This document shows positions 18,434-27,416 of a stretch of 64,000 nucleotides of DNA, piece by piece; within the stretch, counting starts at the first letter, position 1; each line of letters opens with the position of its first letter. Location: positions 2,210 to 66,209 of the forward strand of contig JAMIFV010000016.1 in assembly GCA_035906055.1 (NCBI GenBank), read 5' to 3'. The notes under the pieces are model-generated. The model searched no databases, was not told where the DNA came from, and was given only the letters and a program-made list of their open reading frames with translations. The DNA is from Alphaproteobacteria bacterium. Its GTDB lineage: Bacteria; Pseudomonadota; Alphaproteobacteria; Rickettsiales; JABCZZ01. Made by a program: the position numbers and the translations under genes.

Positions 18434-19183
18434 TCATTCACACGTCACGACAAGCGTATAGTTGTCTTCCGCGTTGCCCAGCGTCACCGTGTTATGGCCA
18501 ATTGCCAGTGGCGCGATGTAAAGCCCATAACCACGCCCGATGATCGTATCGTTTACCTTGGTGCCGAAGCGGCTGCCGAGGTCCACTATTACCAGTGCGC
18601 CGTCTTCTATCGCTATCTCGCAGTGCTGACGTGATACCCTTAAGGGAGAGGGCTGCGCTGCGATGGACAGATGCACCATGTCGCGTTTGTTAGCTTCGCC
18701 GCCCTCCGGGTAACCGCCAATGCGGTAAGGCAGGTTGGCAAGGGGCACGCTCACCGGCTTGAATATGTCTTTTATGCGGTCGCCATGCGGGGCGATCCTG
18801 ATGGATTTAATGCTGGTGTTGATAGCCATTTCCGCCTTGGGTTTGGACTTCACCTTACCCAGTTTCATGCGTTCACCCATCATGGTGAACAAAGCCTGCA
18901 TGGACTGCGGCGCCTTATCGATAACGGCTTTGAATTCTTCCGGCGTAATGGCAACGATCGTGCAGGCTTCCAGCGCCCTGGCGGAATAAGGGCGAAGCGC
19001 AAGCGCATCAAAGATTGCCAGTTCACCGAATACTTCGTTCTCATTTACGGTGCGGATGGTGCTGGTCTGCCCACGGTCAGTCTGGTAAAGCTGCACTTTA
19101 CCCGCAATAAGGCAGTAAGCGGTATCAGGAGTATCGCCTTCCTGAAAAATCACAGCGTCTTTCTCAACGGTCTTCTGTGTCAT
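18434..19183 (-). CDS. Cyclic-nucleotide-binding domain plus FHA domain protein
   Basis: cNMP-binding features: VIFQEGDTPDTAYCLIAGKV and FGELAIF...RPYSARA. C-terminal FHA features: VSRQHCEIAIEDGALVIVDLGSRFGTKVND. Confidence 0.75.
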   Translation of the reverse strand: MTQKTVEKDAVIFQEGDTPDTAYCLIAGKVQLYQTDRGQTSTIRTVNENEVFGELAIFDALALRPYSARALEACTIVAITPEEFKAVIDKAPQSMQALFTMMGERMKLGKVKSKPKAEMAINTSIKSIRIAPHGDRIKDIFKPVSVPLANLPYRIGGYPEGGEANKRDMVHLSIAAQPSPLRVSRQHCEIAIEDGALVIVDLGSRFGTKVNDTIIGRGYGLYIAPLAIGHNTVTLGNAEDNYTLVVTCE

Positions 19184-19192
19184 GTGAAATGC

Positions 19193-21022
19193 TTATTCTA
19201 CTGTGACTGATTTTGCAAGATTTCTTGGCTGGTCGACGTCCGTTCCCTTGAGCACTGCCACCTGATACGCGATGAGCTGGATGGGCAGCGCATAGAGCAG
19301 CGGTGAGGAAAAGCTGTCGGTCGCAGGCATCTCAATGGAACAGGCGGTACTGGTGCCAAACTCGCGGCATCCCGCGGCGTCGCTGATGAGGATGATTTTG
19401 GCGCTGCGCGCGATCGCTTCCTGGATGTTGGAGGCGGTTTTCTCGAACTGCGTGCGGTCGCTGGTGGGGGCGATGGCAACCACGGGCACGTTTTCGTCCA
19501 GCAGCGCGATAGGGCCGTGTTTCAGTTCGCCTGCCGCATAGCCTTCGGCGTGGATATAGGATATCTCTTTTAGCTTCAGGGCGCCTTCCATGGCGATGAT
19601 GTTGCTGGTGCCACGACCAATATAAAGTATGTCGCGCGCTTCGAACAGTATCGCGGAGGCGGCAGTTGCCAGTTCAGGGTTGTGCAGTATCTCCACCATG
19701 CGCGAGGGCACTTCGGCAAGAGCCTGCTGCAATGAGCGGCATTGGTCAGCCGAACGCGTGCCTTTGGCTCTGGCAAGACCGATGGCAAGGCAGGCAAGCG
19801 TGGCAAGCTGCGTGGTGAAGCCCTTGGTGGACGCAACGCCTATCTCAGGGCCTGCGTGGGTCTGCATCACCACGTCCGCTTCGTTTGCCATGGTGCTTTC
19901 CGGTACGTTCACCACCGCGAGGCAGGTGTGTCCCGCCTGCCTCATGGTACGCATGGCGGCCAGCGTGTCCGCTGTTTCACCAGACTGCGAGATGAAGATG
20001 GCAAGCGTGTTCTTTGGCAGCGGGGTAGGGTGGTAGCGGTTTTCCGACGCGATATCCACATAAACCGGTACGTTCACCAGCTCCTGCATCCAGTAGCGCG
20101 CCACCTGCGCGGAGTAGTAGGACGTGCCGCAGGCGACAATGGAGATGGCCTGAATGTCATTAAGTCTGATGGGGAATGCGGGCAGCCTCACGTCGCCTTC
20201 GGCAATGTTGCACAGGCTTTGCACGATCTGGCCTATGACGGTGGGCTGCTCATGAATTTCTTTCAGCATGTAGTGGCGGAAGCCTTCCTTGCCGATGGCT
20301 TCGTTGGTGAGTGACGATATTTTTACTGCGCGCTCCACGCTCTGGCCGTTCTGGTCAAGGAAGCGGATGGTGCCCGGCGTAAGCACGGCGATATCGCCGT
20401 CTTCAAGGTAGCTGATGCGCGAGGTATAGGTGGAAAGGGCGATGGCGTCGGAACCGATATAGCATTCATCCTTGCCATAGCCCACTGCCAGCGGCGAACC
20501 TTTGCGCGCCGCAATGAGCAGTTCAGGGTGCTGGGCGAACACGATGCCGATCGCGAATGCGCCGTGCAGTTCCTTCACGGTCTTGATGACGGCCTGCTCT
20601 GGTGTGTCGCCGCTGGCCAGCGCCTGGTCGATAAGATGTACGATCACTTCCGTGTCGGTTTCGGACGTGAAAGTTACGCCCTTGCCGGTCAGCGCGGATT
20701 TGATCTCGCGGTAATTCTCGATAATGCCGTTATGCACCACGGCCACGCGTTGGGTGGCGTGGGGATGGGCATTTACTTCCGACGGTTTTCCATGGGTGGC
20801 CCAGCGCGTATGGCCGATGCCGGTGTGACCCTGCAGCGGATTTTTGGCGTGCAGTTGCTCTAATGCACCAAGCTTGCCTTCAGCGCGCAGGCGCGAGATG
20901 GCGCTGTCTTCGATAACAGCAATGCCAGCCGAGTCATAGCCACGATATTCCAGACGCTTAAGTCCGTCAATTAAACGCGCGGCTACACTGCTCTTGCCAA
21001 GGATGCCAACAATTCCACACAT
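19193..21022 (-). CDS. glmS: Glutamine--fructose-6-phosphate aminotransferase
   Basis: 609 aa with an MCGIVG N-terminal nucleophile, two SIS domains and a C-terminal KSVTVE. Confidence 0.95.
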   Translation of the reverse strand: MCGIVGILGKSSVAARLIDGLKRLEYRGYDSAGIAVIEDSAISRLRAEGKLGALEQLHAKNPLQGHTGIGHTRWATHGKPSEVNAHPHATQRVAVVHNGIIENYREIKSALTGKGVTFTSETDTEVIVHLIDQALASGDTPEQAVIKTVKELHGAFAIGIVFAQHPELLIAARKGSPLAVGYGKDECYIGSDAIALSTYTSRISYLEDGDIAVLTPGTIRFLDQNGQSVERAVKISSLTNEAIGKEGFRHYMLKEIHEQPTVIGQIVQSLCNIAEGDVRLPAFPIRLNDIQAISIVACGTSYYSAQVARYWMQELVNVPVYVDIASENRYHPTPLPKNTLAIFISQSGETADTLAAMRTMRQAGHTCLAVVNVPESTMANEADVVMQTHAGPEIGVASTKGFTTQLATLACLAIGLARAKGTRSADQCRSLQQALAEVPSRMVEILHNPELATAASAILFEARDILYIGRGTSNIIAMEGALKLKEISYIHAEGYAAGELKHGPIALLDENVPVVAIAPTSDRTQFEKTASNIQEAIARSAKIILISDAAGCREFGTSTACSIEMPATDSFSSPLLYALPIQLIAYQVAVLKGTDVDQPRNLAKSVTVE

Positions 21023-21168
21023 GAAGAACGCTCACTGAAAGGGGTGTAAAGGGGACAACACGTAACAGAAAATAGCGCAGGGTATAAGGTTTTACTTGAA
21101 ATAATTCCAGTCAATATTTAAACTGTGGATAGAAGTTGCAACATATTGAATTATAAAAATAAAAAATA

Positions 21169-21198
21169 TTACGTTTTCGGAATCATCCGTAAACGTAA
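21169..21198 (-). terminator. Orphan intrinsic-terminator-like hairpin (minus-strand orientation)
   Basis: ttacgttttcgga/atca/tccgtaaacgtaa pairs at 12 of 13 positions. On the minus strand it is followed by tattttttatttttataa. No minus-strand gene ends here. Confidence 0.4.
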
Positions 21199-21263
21199 CG
21201 AAAATAAGAAATCTGCGGTTGAAAAACCAGCAGCAAACAAACAAGGCTACGGGATGGGTATTT

Positions 21264-22031
21264 ATGTTGGACTTAAGCGAAACGGTGCCATCTACGGTGG
21301 TGCCACAGCACATACTTGTTAAAGCAATCAGGGAAGTCCCTACTTCCGTTTTCGATGCACAGAACGAAGAAGAAGTCCTCGCACTAAGGCACAGGCACAA
21401 GCGCCAGAACCGGCAGGCGCTCACCTTTGAATTTTCGCGTGACCCCGCGCTTCTGCATCAGTATTTTCGCCTGTATGAGTCGGAATGCCGCGTGGTGGAT
21501 GTGCCCCAGTTCTGCAATGCGGAAGAAGAATATAACCGCAAAGGGCATATCATTGTTGTGCGCAAGGGCAATCAGTGTATTGGCGGCGCACGAATCTCAG
21601 TGCGTTCCCCGCGCAATCCCGCGCCACTACCTCTGGAAATCGGCAATTTCAGGCTTGATAGCTTGTTTCCTGAACTCTGCGCAAAAGAGATGCATTATGC
21701 CGAGCTTTCCAGGCTGGTGCTGCTTCCGGAATTCCGCACCGGCGACATAACCCGTGAACTGTTCTATCACTTTTACCGCAAATCGCTGGCGATCGGCATT
21801 CATATGATGTTTGCCGCCGCCCCGCTTTCCAACGCGCGCATGTATCGTGTTAACTGCAAAGCGGTAGGGCTGCGGCAAACCACTATACATACCGAAATTG
21901 ACCTGCCGCCTTATCCGGGCTTTGAAGATGTGAAGGATTATCTGATCAGTGCGGTCATTGAGCAGAATGCAGTTGGGGACAATTTTGGATACTCGCCTGC
22001 GTTTGATGCTCTGGAGAGTATGGAAGCCTGA
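21264..22031 (+). CDS. OlsB-like / N-acyl amino acid synthase-like GNAT acyltransferase
   Basis: The pattern IGGARISV...AELSRLVLLPEFR...MMFAAAPL parallels the OlsB in this window (VGTYRLL...LELGRSCVDPNYR...LMFGCASF). First ATG is at 21264; the track ORF opens with TTG at 21219. Confidence 0.55.
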   Translation: MLDLSETVPSTVVPQHILVKAIREVPTSVFDAQNEEEVLALRHRHKRQNRQALTFEFSRDPALLHQYFRLYESECRVVDVPQFCNAEEEYNRKGHIIVVRKGNQCIGGARISVRSPRNPAPLPLEIGNFRLDSLFPELCAKEMHYAELSRLVLLPEFRTGDITRELFYHFYRKSLAIGIHMMFAAAPLSNARMYRVNCKAVGLRQTTIHTEIDLPPYPGFEDVKDYLISAVIEQNAVGDNFGYSPAFDALESMEA

Positions 22032-22070
22032 TTTCTGGTTGGCATCTCAACATGTGATACAGAGGCCGTT

Positions 22071-23075
22071 TTGAACACTTCAGTCGCTAAAGCCCCTCAA
22101 ACAACCGGTAACGGCAGCACAGATGCTCCAATAGGAAAATGTGAAGCCGATATCGCCTCCAAATTACTTTCAAAGGAAGAGATAAAATATTTTTCTCAGC
22201 TCAATGGCTGGAGATTTGCAGGCGCAGTGGCGCTTGAAGCAGTAACGCTTGCGCTTACAGTCTGGGTCTGCGAGGCTTACTGGAGCTTTCCGCTGTATGT
22301 CCTCGCGGTTATCATTATCGGTTCACGCCTGCATGCGTTGGCTATCCTCATGCATGACGCTGCGCATTTCCGTGCTTGCAGGAACCGCAAGGTGAATGAC
22401 ATTGTAGGAGAACTGCTTGCCTGGCCGGTTACCATGACGATGCAGGGATACCGCAACAGCCACTATTCGCATCACCGCGAACTCAACACCGAGAAGGATC
22501 TCGAATGGCTGAGGAAGATGGGGCAGGATGAGTTTAAATTTCCCAAGACCGGACTTGAGATTATCTGTGTGCTGGTTCAGTTCGCCACCGGCATCAAGGC
22601 CTATCAGGAATTGCGCGATGTACGAAAAGTGGAGGGGGCTGTTTATGTTTCCCCACGCCTGAAAAGAGTGCGCATGGCATGTTTTGCCGCATTGGTGGCG
22701 GCATCCGTCTATTTCACGTTCTGGAAAGGGCTGCTGCTCTATTGGGTGGTTCCGTTGTTCACCTCGTTGCTTTTTTTCGCTTATGTGCGCAGCGTCGCGG
22801 ATCATTTCTGCATCGAATATTCCCACCCCCTCAACCAGACGCGCACAGTGGTAGGGCCGTTCTGGGAAATGCACCTCTTCGCGCCGCATGGCATCAATTA
22901 TCATATTGAGCATCATATTTTCCCCGGTGTTCCCTGCCACCGTCTTGCAGAACTGCACCGCCACCTTATGACCAAGGAGACTTATGTACGTCATGCCCAT
23001 GTGACAAGGGGGTACGGTAAGTTACTGAAAGAATGTATGATTTCATCTTTGAGGGGTAATGCTCAGGCACTGTAG
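22071..23075 (+). CDS. Membrane fatty acid desaturase family protein
   Basis: Three histidine boxes, HDAAH, HYSHH and HIEHH, with TM segments. Apparent TTG start. Confidence 0.85.
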   Translation: MNTSVAKAPQTTGNGSTDAPIGKCEADIASKLLSKEEIKYFSQLNGWRFAGAVALEAVTLALTVWVCEAYWSFPLYVLAVIIIGSRLHALAILMHDAAHFRACRNRKVNDIVGELLAWPVTMTMQGYRNSHYSHHRELNTEKDLEWLRKMGQDEFKFPKTGLEIICVLVQFATGIKAYQELRDVRKVEGAVYVSPRLKRVRMACFAALVAASVYFTFWKGLLLYWVVPLFTSLLFFAYVRSVADHFCIEYSHPLNQTRTVVGPFWEMHLFAPHGINYHIEHHIFPGVPCHRLAELHRHLMTKETYVRHAHVTRGYGKLLKECMISSLRGNAQAL

Positions 23076-23137
23076 TATTTTTGCCTCAATCCCGTTTTGA
23101 TATAGCCTGAAACGTAGTCAAGCTCCTATTGAAACCA

Positions 23138-23172
23138 TTCCTTAGGTATTAATTAAGTCTTCCTTAGATATT
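23138..23172. promoter_or_regulatory. Direct repeat pair ttccttagRtatt spaced 22 bp, upstream of the TonB-dependent receptor gene
   Basis: ttccttaggtatt (23138-23150) and ttccttagatatt (23160-23172) differ at one position. The spacing is two helical turns, 35-70 bp before the ATG. Confidence 0.3.
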
Positions 23173-23207
23173 TAGGACTACTCGTTAACCATCGTGCAAA
23201 ACATACG

Positions 23208-25256
23208 ATGGAGACAGTTATGCATAAGCATCTATTTGCATTGCTCGTAATGACGACGGCGCTAACGGCAGTTCCCGTGCAAGGGCGTGCTGCTGATGAA
23301 ACGCCTTCGCAGGATACGGATATGCTTAACCTGTCCCTGCAGCAATTGTCTGATATCGAAGTGACCTCCGTATCCAAACGTTCGGAAAAAGCTTCGCAGG
23401 CCGCTGCGGCTATTTATGTTATCACGCAGGAAGACATCAGGCGTTCGGGATTGGAAAATGTGCCAGAACTGCTACGCATGGTGCCCGGTCTTCAGGTGGC
23501 TAAATCCGGCTCACAGAACTGGGTGGTGACCTCGCGCGGCTTCGCCAGCCAGTTCGCCAATAAGCTGTTGGTGCTGATAGACGGCAGGACGGTATACACC
23601 CCGGTATTCTCAGGCGTGTTTTGGGATTCCCACAACCTGATGCTTGAGGACATCGAGCGCATTGAGGTGATTCGTGGCCCGGGCGCCACTTTGTGGGGGG
23701 CAAATGCCGTAAACGGTGTGATCAACATTATTACCAAGAACGCAAAAGACACGCAGGGCAGTCTGGTTTCGGCAGGTGCGGGCAATCAGCAGCGTGCCAA
23801 GGCAGCTGGCCGTTATGGCGGCCAGCAGGGCGAGATGTCATACCGTGCCTATGCACAATACGTTAACCATGGCGAAGAAAAGCTGCTTTCAGGCGCTGAG
23901 GCCAATGATGATTGGTATAACATGCAGGGCGGCTTCCGCTTTGACTGGAATACTTCTGAAAAAGAACAGAAGACCCTTCAGGGCGATGTGTATAAAGCAC
24001 GCGAAGGCGCCAAGCGCTATCTACCGGTGACGTCTGCCGTTTCCTCCAGTTTCGGTCGTGAGGTAGACGATCGTGACAGCGCCAGCGGCGCTAACATCCT
24101 CGGGCGTTGGAAACATGAATTGAACAAGGGGTCTGATATCTCGCTACAGGCGTATTATGACGATGTGCGCAGGGATTTCGGTGAAGTGGGCGCAAGCATG
24201 CACACGCAAACCGTTGACATGGATTTCCAGCATAATTTAAAGTTGAGCCAGCGCCACGATATTACCTGGGGTATTGGCTACCGTTTTATTCGCAGCGGCT
24301 ATACGAACAGCTTTTACATTGGCTACGTGCCGGAAGACTTCAATTCCAATCTCTTCAGCAGTTTTATCCAGGATAAAGTAACACTAATTCCTGACGAGCT
24401 TTATTTTACATTCGGTACCAAGCTTGAGCATAACGGCTTCAGCGGGCTGGAATATGAACCCAGCGCACGTATGGCGTGGACGCCTACCGGCAACCAGACC
24501 ATATGGGCTTCCGTGTCGCGTTCCATTCGTGCGAAAACCCAGTCCGATGAGAATCTGCGGCTGGTGGCGGCGGGCTTTGCCACGCCCTCGCCGTATAACG
24601 TGATTGCCGACAGCACGTTGCTGGTGCAGGAGGGCGATTATGGCACCGAATCGGAAGAGGTGATAGCCTATGAGCTGGGTTACCGTATTCAGCCGGTTCC
24701 AAACGTATCGGTGGATATGACCGCCTTCGTGAATGAATACAAACGTCTTGCGTCATTCTCCTATGGCGACGCCACGCTGAAGAATGATCCTTTCCTTGGC
24801 GATTATCTGTATCAGCCGCTCATCAGTGAGAATAACAGCCACGGCGAAACGCACGGCTTTGAAGCCGCCGCCACGTGGGAGGTCACTCCCAGTGTAAAGC
24901 TGAGCGGCGGGTATACGCTGTTCTATTCAAACCTGAAGATCACGGGCGCAAGCCTCGTGACGGCAGAAGGCACAAGCCCTACCCAGCAGATTAATTTCAG
25001 GTCGTATATGGACCTGCCCTACGACTTCCAGTGGGATAACATGCTCTATATCGTCGATCCGGTTCCGGGTAAGGGCGTCAAGTCCTATACCCGTTATGAT
25101 ACACGCATCGGCTGGGTGCCCATACAGGGGCTGGACTTGAGCATAGTAGGCCAGAATCTTCTGGAAACCGATCATCAGGAATATAGCGGATTTCTCTACC
25201 AGGACGCTGAAAAGATCGGTAGAAGCGTGTTCGCCAAAGTCACAGCCAGGTTCTAG
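23208..25256 (+). CDS. TonB-dependent outer-membrane receptor
   Basis: Signal peptide and plug motifs (IEVTSVSKRSEK, AAAIYVITQEDIRRSG, IERIEVIRGPGATLWGANAVNGVINIITK). C-terminal aromatic residue (ARF). Confidence 0.9.
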   Translation: METVMHKHLFALLVMTTALTAVPVQGRAADETPSQDTDMLNLSLQQLSDIEVTSVSKRSEKASQAAAAIYVITQEDIRRSGLENVPELLRMVPGLQVAKSGSQNWVVTSRGFASQFANKLLVLIDGRTVYTPVFSGVFWDSHNLMLEDIERIEVIRGPGATLWGANAVNGVINIITKNAKDTQGSLVSAGAGNQQRAKAAGRYGGQQGEMSYRAYAQYVNHGEEKLLSGAEANDDWYNMQGGFRFDWNTSEKEQKTLQGDVYKAREGAKRYLPVTSAVSSSFGREVDDRDSASGANILGRWKHELNKGSDISLQAYYDDVRRDFGEVGASMHTQTVDMDFQHNLKLSQRHDITWGIGYRFIRSGYTNSFYIGYVPEDFNSNLFSSFIQDKVTLIPDELYFTFGTKLEHNGFSGLEYEPSARMAWTPTGNQTIWASVSRSIRAKTQSDENLRLVAAGFATPSPYNVIADSTLLVQEGDYGTESEEVIAYELGYRIQPVPNVSVDMTAFVNEYKRLASFSYGDATLKNDPFLGDYLYQPLISENNSHGETHGFEAAATWEVTPSVKLSGGYTLFYSNLKITGASLVTAEGTSPTQQINFRSYMDLPYDFQWDNMLYIVDPVPGKGVKSYTRYDTRIGWVPIQGLDLSIVGQNLLETDHQEYSGFLYQDAEKIGRSVFAKVTARF

Positions 25257-25270
25257 GGAAAGTCAGCATC

Positions 25271-25885
25271 GTGTCATACGCACATAAACATGGCTGGTCT
25301 GCATGTCTGCGCGAAACGGTTTCACGCGCGGGCCGGATGCTGTGCGCCATGTCGCTGCTCGTGCTGGTGTCGTTTTCCAGCACCGATGCGCAGGACGCCA
25401 GCGCCCTCAAGGTTGCCAAGGTAAAAGCGGCATTCCTCTATAACTTCATCAAGTTCGTGGAATGGCCGCAGCGCTCTCCTGCCGACACCCAGAAAGCTAC
25501 CATCTGCATCGCAGGCAGCCATCCGTTCGAGAATGCGCTGGATACGCTTAAATCGCAGCTTGCAGGCAAAATAGAACTTACCATAGCCATGAATGCGGAT
25601 GCCTCTGCACTTGGAAACTGCAATATCCTGTTCATCGGCACGGGCGCGCCCGACAGCATCGCCGAATTCATATCGCAGGCGAAGAAGCAGAATGTGCTCA
25701 CCGTAAGCGAAAGCAATGACTTTGCTGACAAGGGCGGCGTAATAGAAATGAAGACGGTGGAAAAGGCGATCGGCCTGTTCTCCTCGAACAAGATCAACCT
25801 CAGGGTCAACCTGAAGGCGGCGGAGGCTTCGTCACTGCGCATCAACGCGCAGCTGCTTGAGATCGCCGCGGAGGTAATCAAATGA
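25271..25885 (+). CDS. YfiR/DUF4154-like periplasmic protein
   Basis: VKAAFLYNFIKFVEWP motif plus a signal-like N-terminus. Start uncertain (GTG at 25271 or a later ATG). Confidence 0.7.
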   Translation: MSYAHKHGWSACLRETVSRAGRMLCAMSLLVLVSFSSTDAQDASALKVAKVKAAFLYNFIKFVEWPQRSPADTQKATICIAGSHPFENALDTLKSQLAGKIELTIAMNADASALGNCNILFIGTGAPDSIAEFISQAKKQNVLTVSESNDFADKGGVIEMKTVEKAIGLFSSNKINLRVNLKAAEASSLRINAQLLEIAAEVIK

Positions 25886-25903
25886 CGAAGGGAGGCGCAG
25901 GCA

Positions 25904-27415
25904 GTGTTTTCTAGCGGTTCGATAAAGCAGCGCCTTACCCTGCTTATTACCGCCGTCAGCGCCATTGCGGTGCTGCTGACCACGCTCGCGCTGACATTCA
26001 TCGACGTTTACAACCTCAAGGGCAACCTTGTGTCGGAGCTTGAGGTTACTGCCAAGGTGGTCGGCGAGCGCAACAAGGCGTTTATCAGCTTCGGTGAAGT
26101 GGAGCTGGCGCATGACAACCTGAAGATATTCACCAGCAAGCCCTCGATTGTGCTGGCATGCCTTTATAACGATCAGGGAAAGGTGTTTGCCGGTTACGCA
26201 CCTGACAATCACGATGAAACCTATGCATTCTGCCCGTCGGTGACGGATGCTCCTTCCACCGTAAAAAAAGGCAATGTGCGTTACGTCCATCAGCTCGATA
26301 GCGGCAACCTGCCGGTGGGGTATATCCTCATGGAATCCGACCTGAAGGAAATACCCGACTATATCAGCAGGCAGGTGGTGATAGCGTTACTGGTGGTCGT
26401 CGTGTTCAGCGGTGTGGCTTATGGCTTCGCATTGGCCGTGCAGCGCAGCATCTCCGGTCCGATTCTCGGTCTTGCCGATACGGCACGCAGGGTATCCAAC
26501 CAGAAAGACTACGCGTTACGCGCCGAGCAGGGGGGGGCTGAGAGTTCGGACGAAATGCGCACGCTTGTGGCTGCGTTCAATTCCATGCTTGATGAGATAC
26601 AGACGCGTGACCACCAGCTCCAGCGCAAGAATGAGGAACTGGGCAAAGCCAAGGAATTCGCGGAAGGCGCCAACCGCGCCAAATCGCATTTCCTTGCTAA
26701 TATCAGCCATGAACTGCGCACGCCCCTGAATGCTATTATCGGATTCTCGTCCATTCTCATCAATCAGCTTTTCGGCCCGCTGGGGCATGCCAAATATGGC
26801 GAGTATTCCAAGGACATCAACGAAGCGGGTGTGCACCTGCTCGATATCATCAACGATATTCTCGACCTTTCCAAGGCCGAAGCGGGCAGGTTGCAGATGG
26901 TGTTTGAGGACGTGTTCATCGAGCGCGCCATTAATAAGTGCATCTCTATTACCTCGGAACGCTCTTCGGAAGCAGGCGTTACTATCAGTACGGATATTCC
27001 CCGGGGGCTGCCACCTATCATGGCTGACCGCCTGCGCTTTATCCAGATCATGCTCAACGTGCTTTCCAACGCGGTTAAATTTACGCCCAGAGGCGGAAGC
27101 GTGCATATTACGGTCAATACGCAGTCACGCGGCAGCCACGTGACGGACTTCGTCATCAGCGTGCGTGATACCGGCATCGGCATGTCGCAGGAGCATATTG
27201 AGAAGGCGTTCCAGAGTTTCGGCCAGATCGATAGCGACCTCAACCGCAAATACGAAGGCACCGGCCTCGGCCTGCCGCTCACCAAGAAGCTGGTGGACCT
27301 GCATCATGGCAGCATACGCATCCAGAGTGAGCTCAATGTCGGCACGATGGTGGAATTGCATTTTCTTGCCAATCCCGTGCCCGTGAACGACCTGATCGAC
27401 CGCGGCCCGATTTGA
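25904..27415 (+). CDS. Sensor histidine kinase (two TM segments, HAMP, HisKA, HATPase)
   Basis: H-box SHELRTPLNAIIGFS and G-boxes DTGIGM and GTGLGLPLTKKLV. No response regulator gene is adjacent. Confidence 0.85.
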   Translation: MFSSGSIKQRLTLLITAVSAIAVLLTTLALTFIDVYNLKGNLVSELEVTAKVVGERNKAFISFGEVELAHDNLKIFTSKPSIVLACLYNDQGKVFAGYAPDNHDETYAFCPSVTDAPSTVKKGNVRYVHQLDSGNLPVGYILMESDLKEIPDYISRQVVIALLVVVVFSGVAYGFALAVQRSISGPILGLADTARRVSNQKDYALRAEQGGAESSDEMRTLVAAFNSMLDEIQTRDHQLQRKNEELGKAKEFAEGANRAKSHFLANISHELRTPLNAIIGFSSILINQLFGPLGHAKYGEYSKDINEAGVHLLDIINDILDLSKAEAGRLQMVFEDVFIERAINKCISITSERSSEAGVTISTDIPRGLPPIMADRLRFIQIMLNVLSNAVKFTPRGGSVHITVNTQSRGSHVTDFVISVRDTGIGMSQEHIEKAFQSFGQIDSDLNRKYEGTGLGLPLTKKLVDLHHGSIRIQSELNVGTMVELHFLANPVPVNDLIDRGPI

Positions 27416-27416
27416 C

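Noticed and set aside
21023-21168. A glmS ribozyme or riboswitch in the glmS leader.
   Set aside because: That ribozyme is known mainly from Gram-positive bacteria. I see none of its conserved core or pseudoknot features here.
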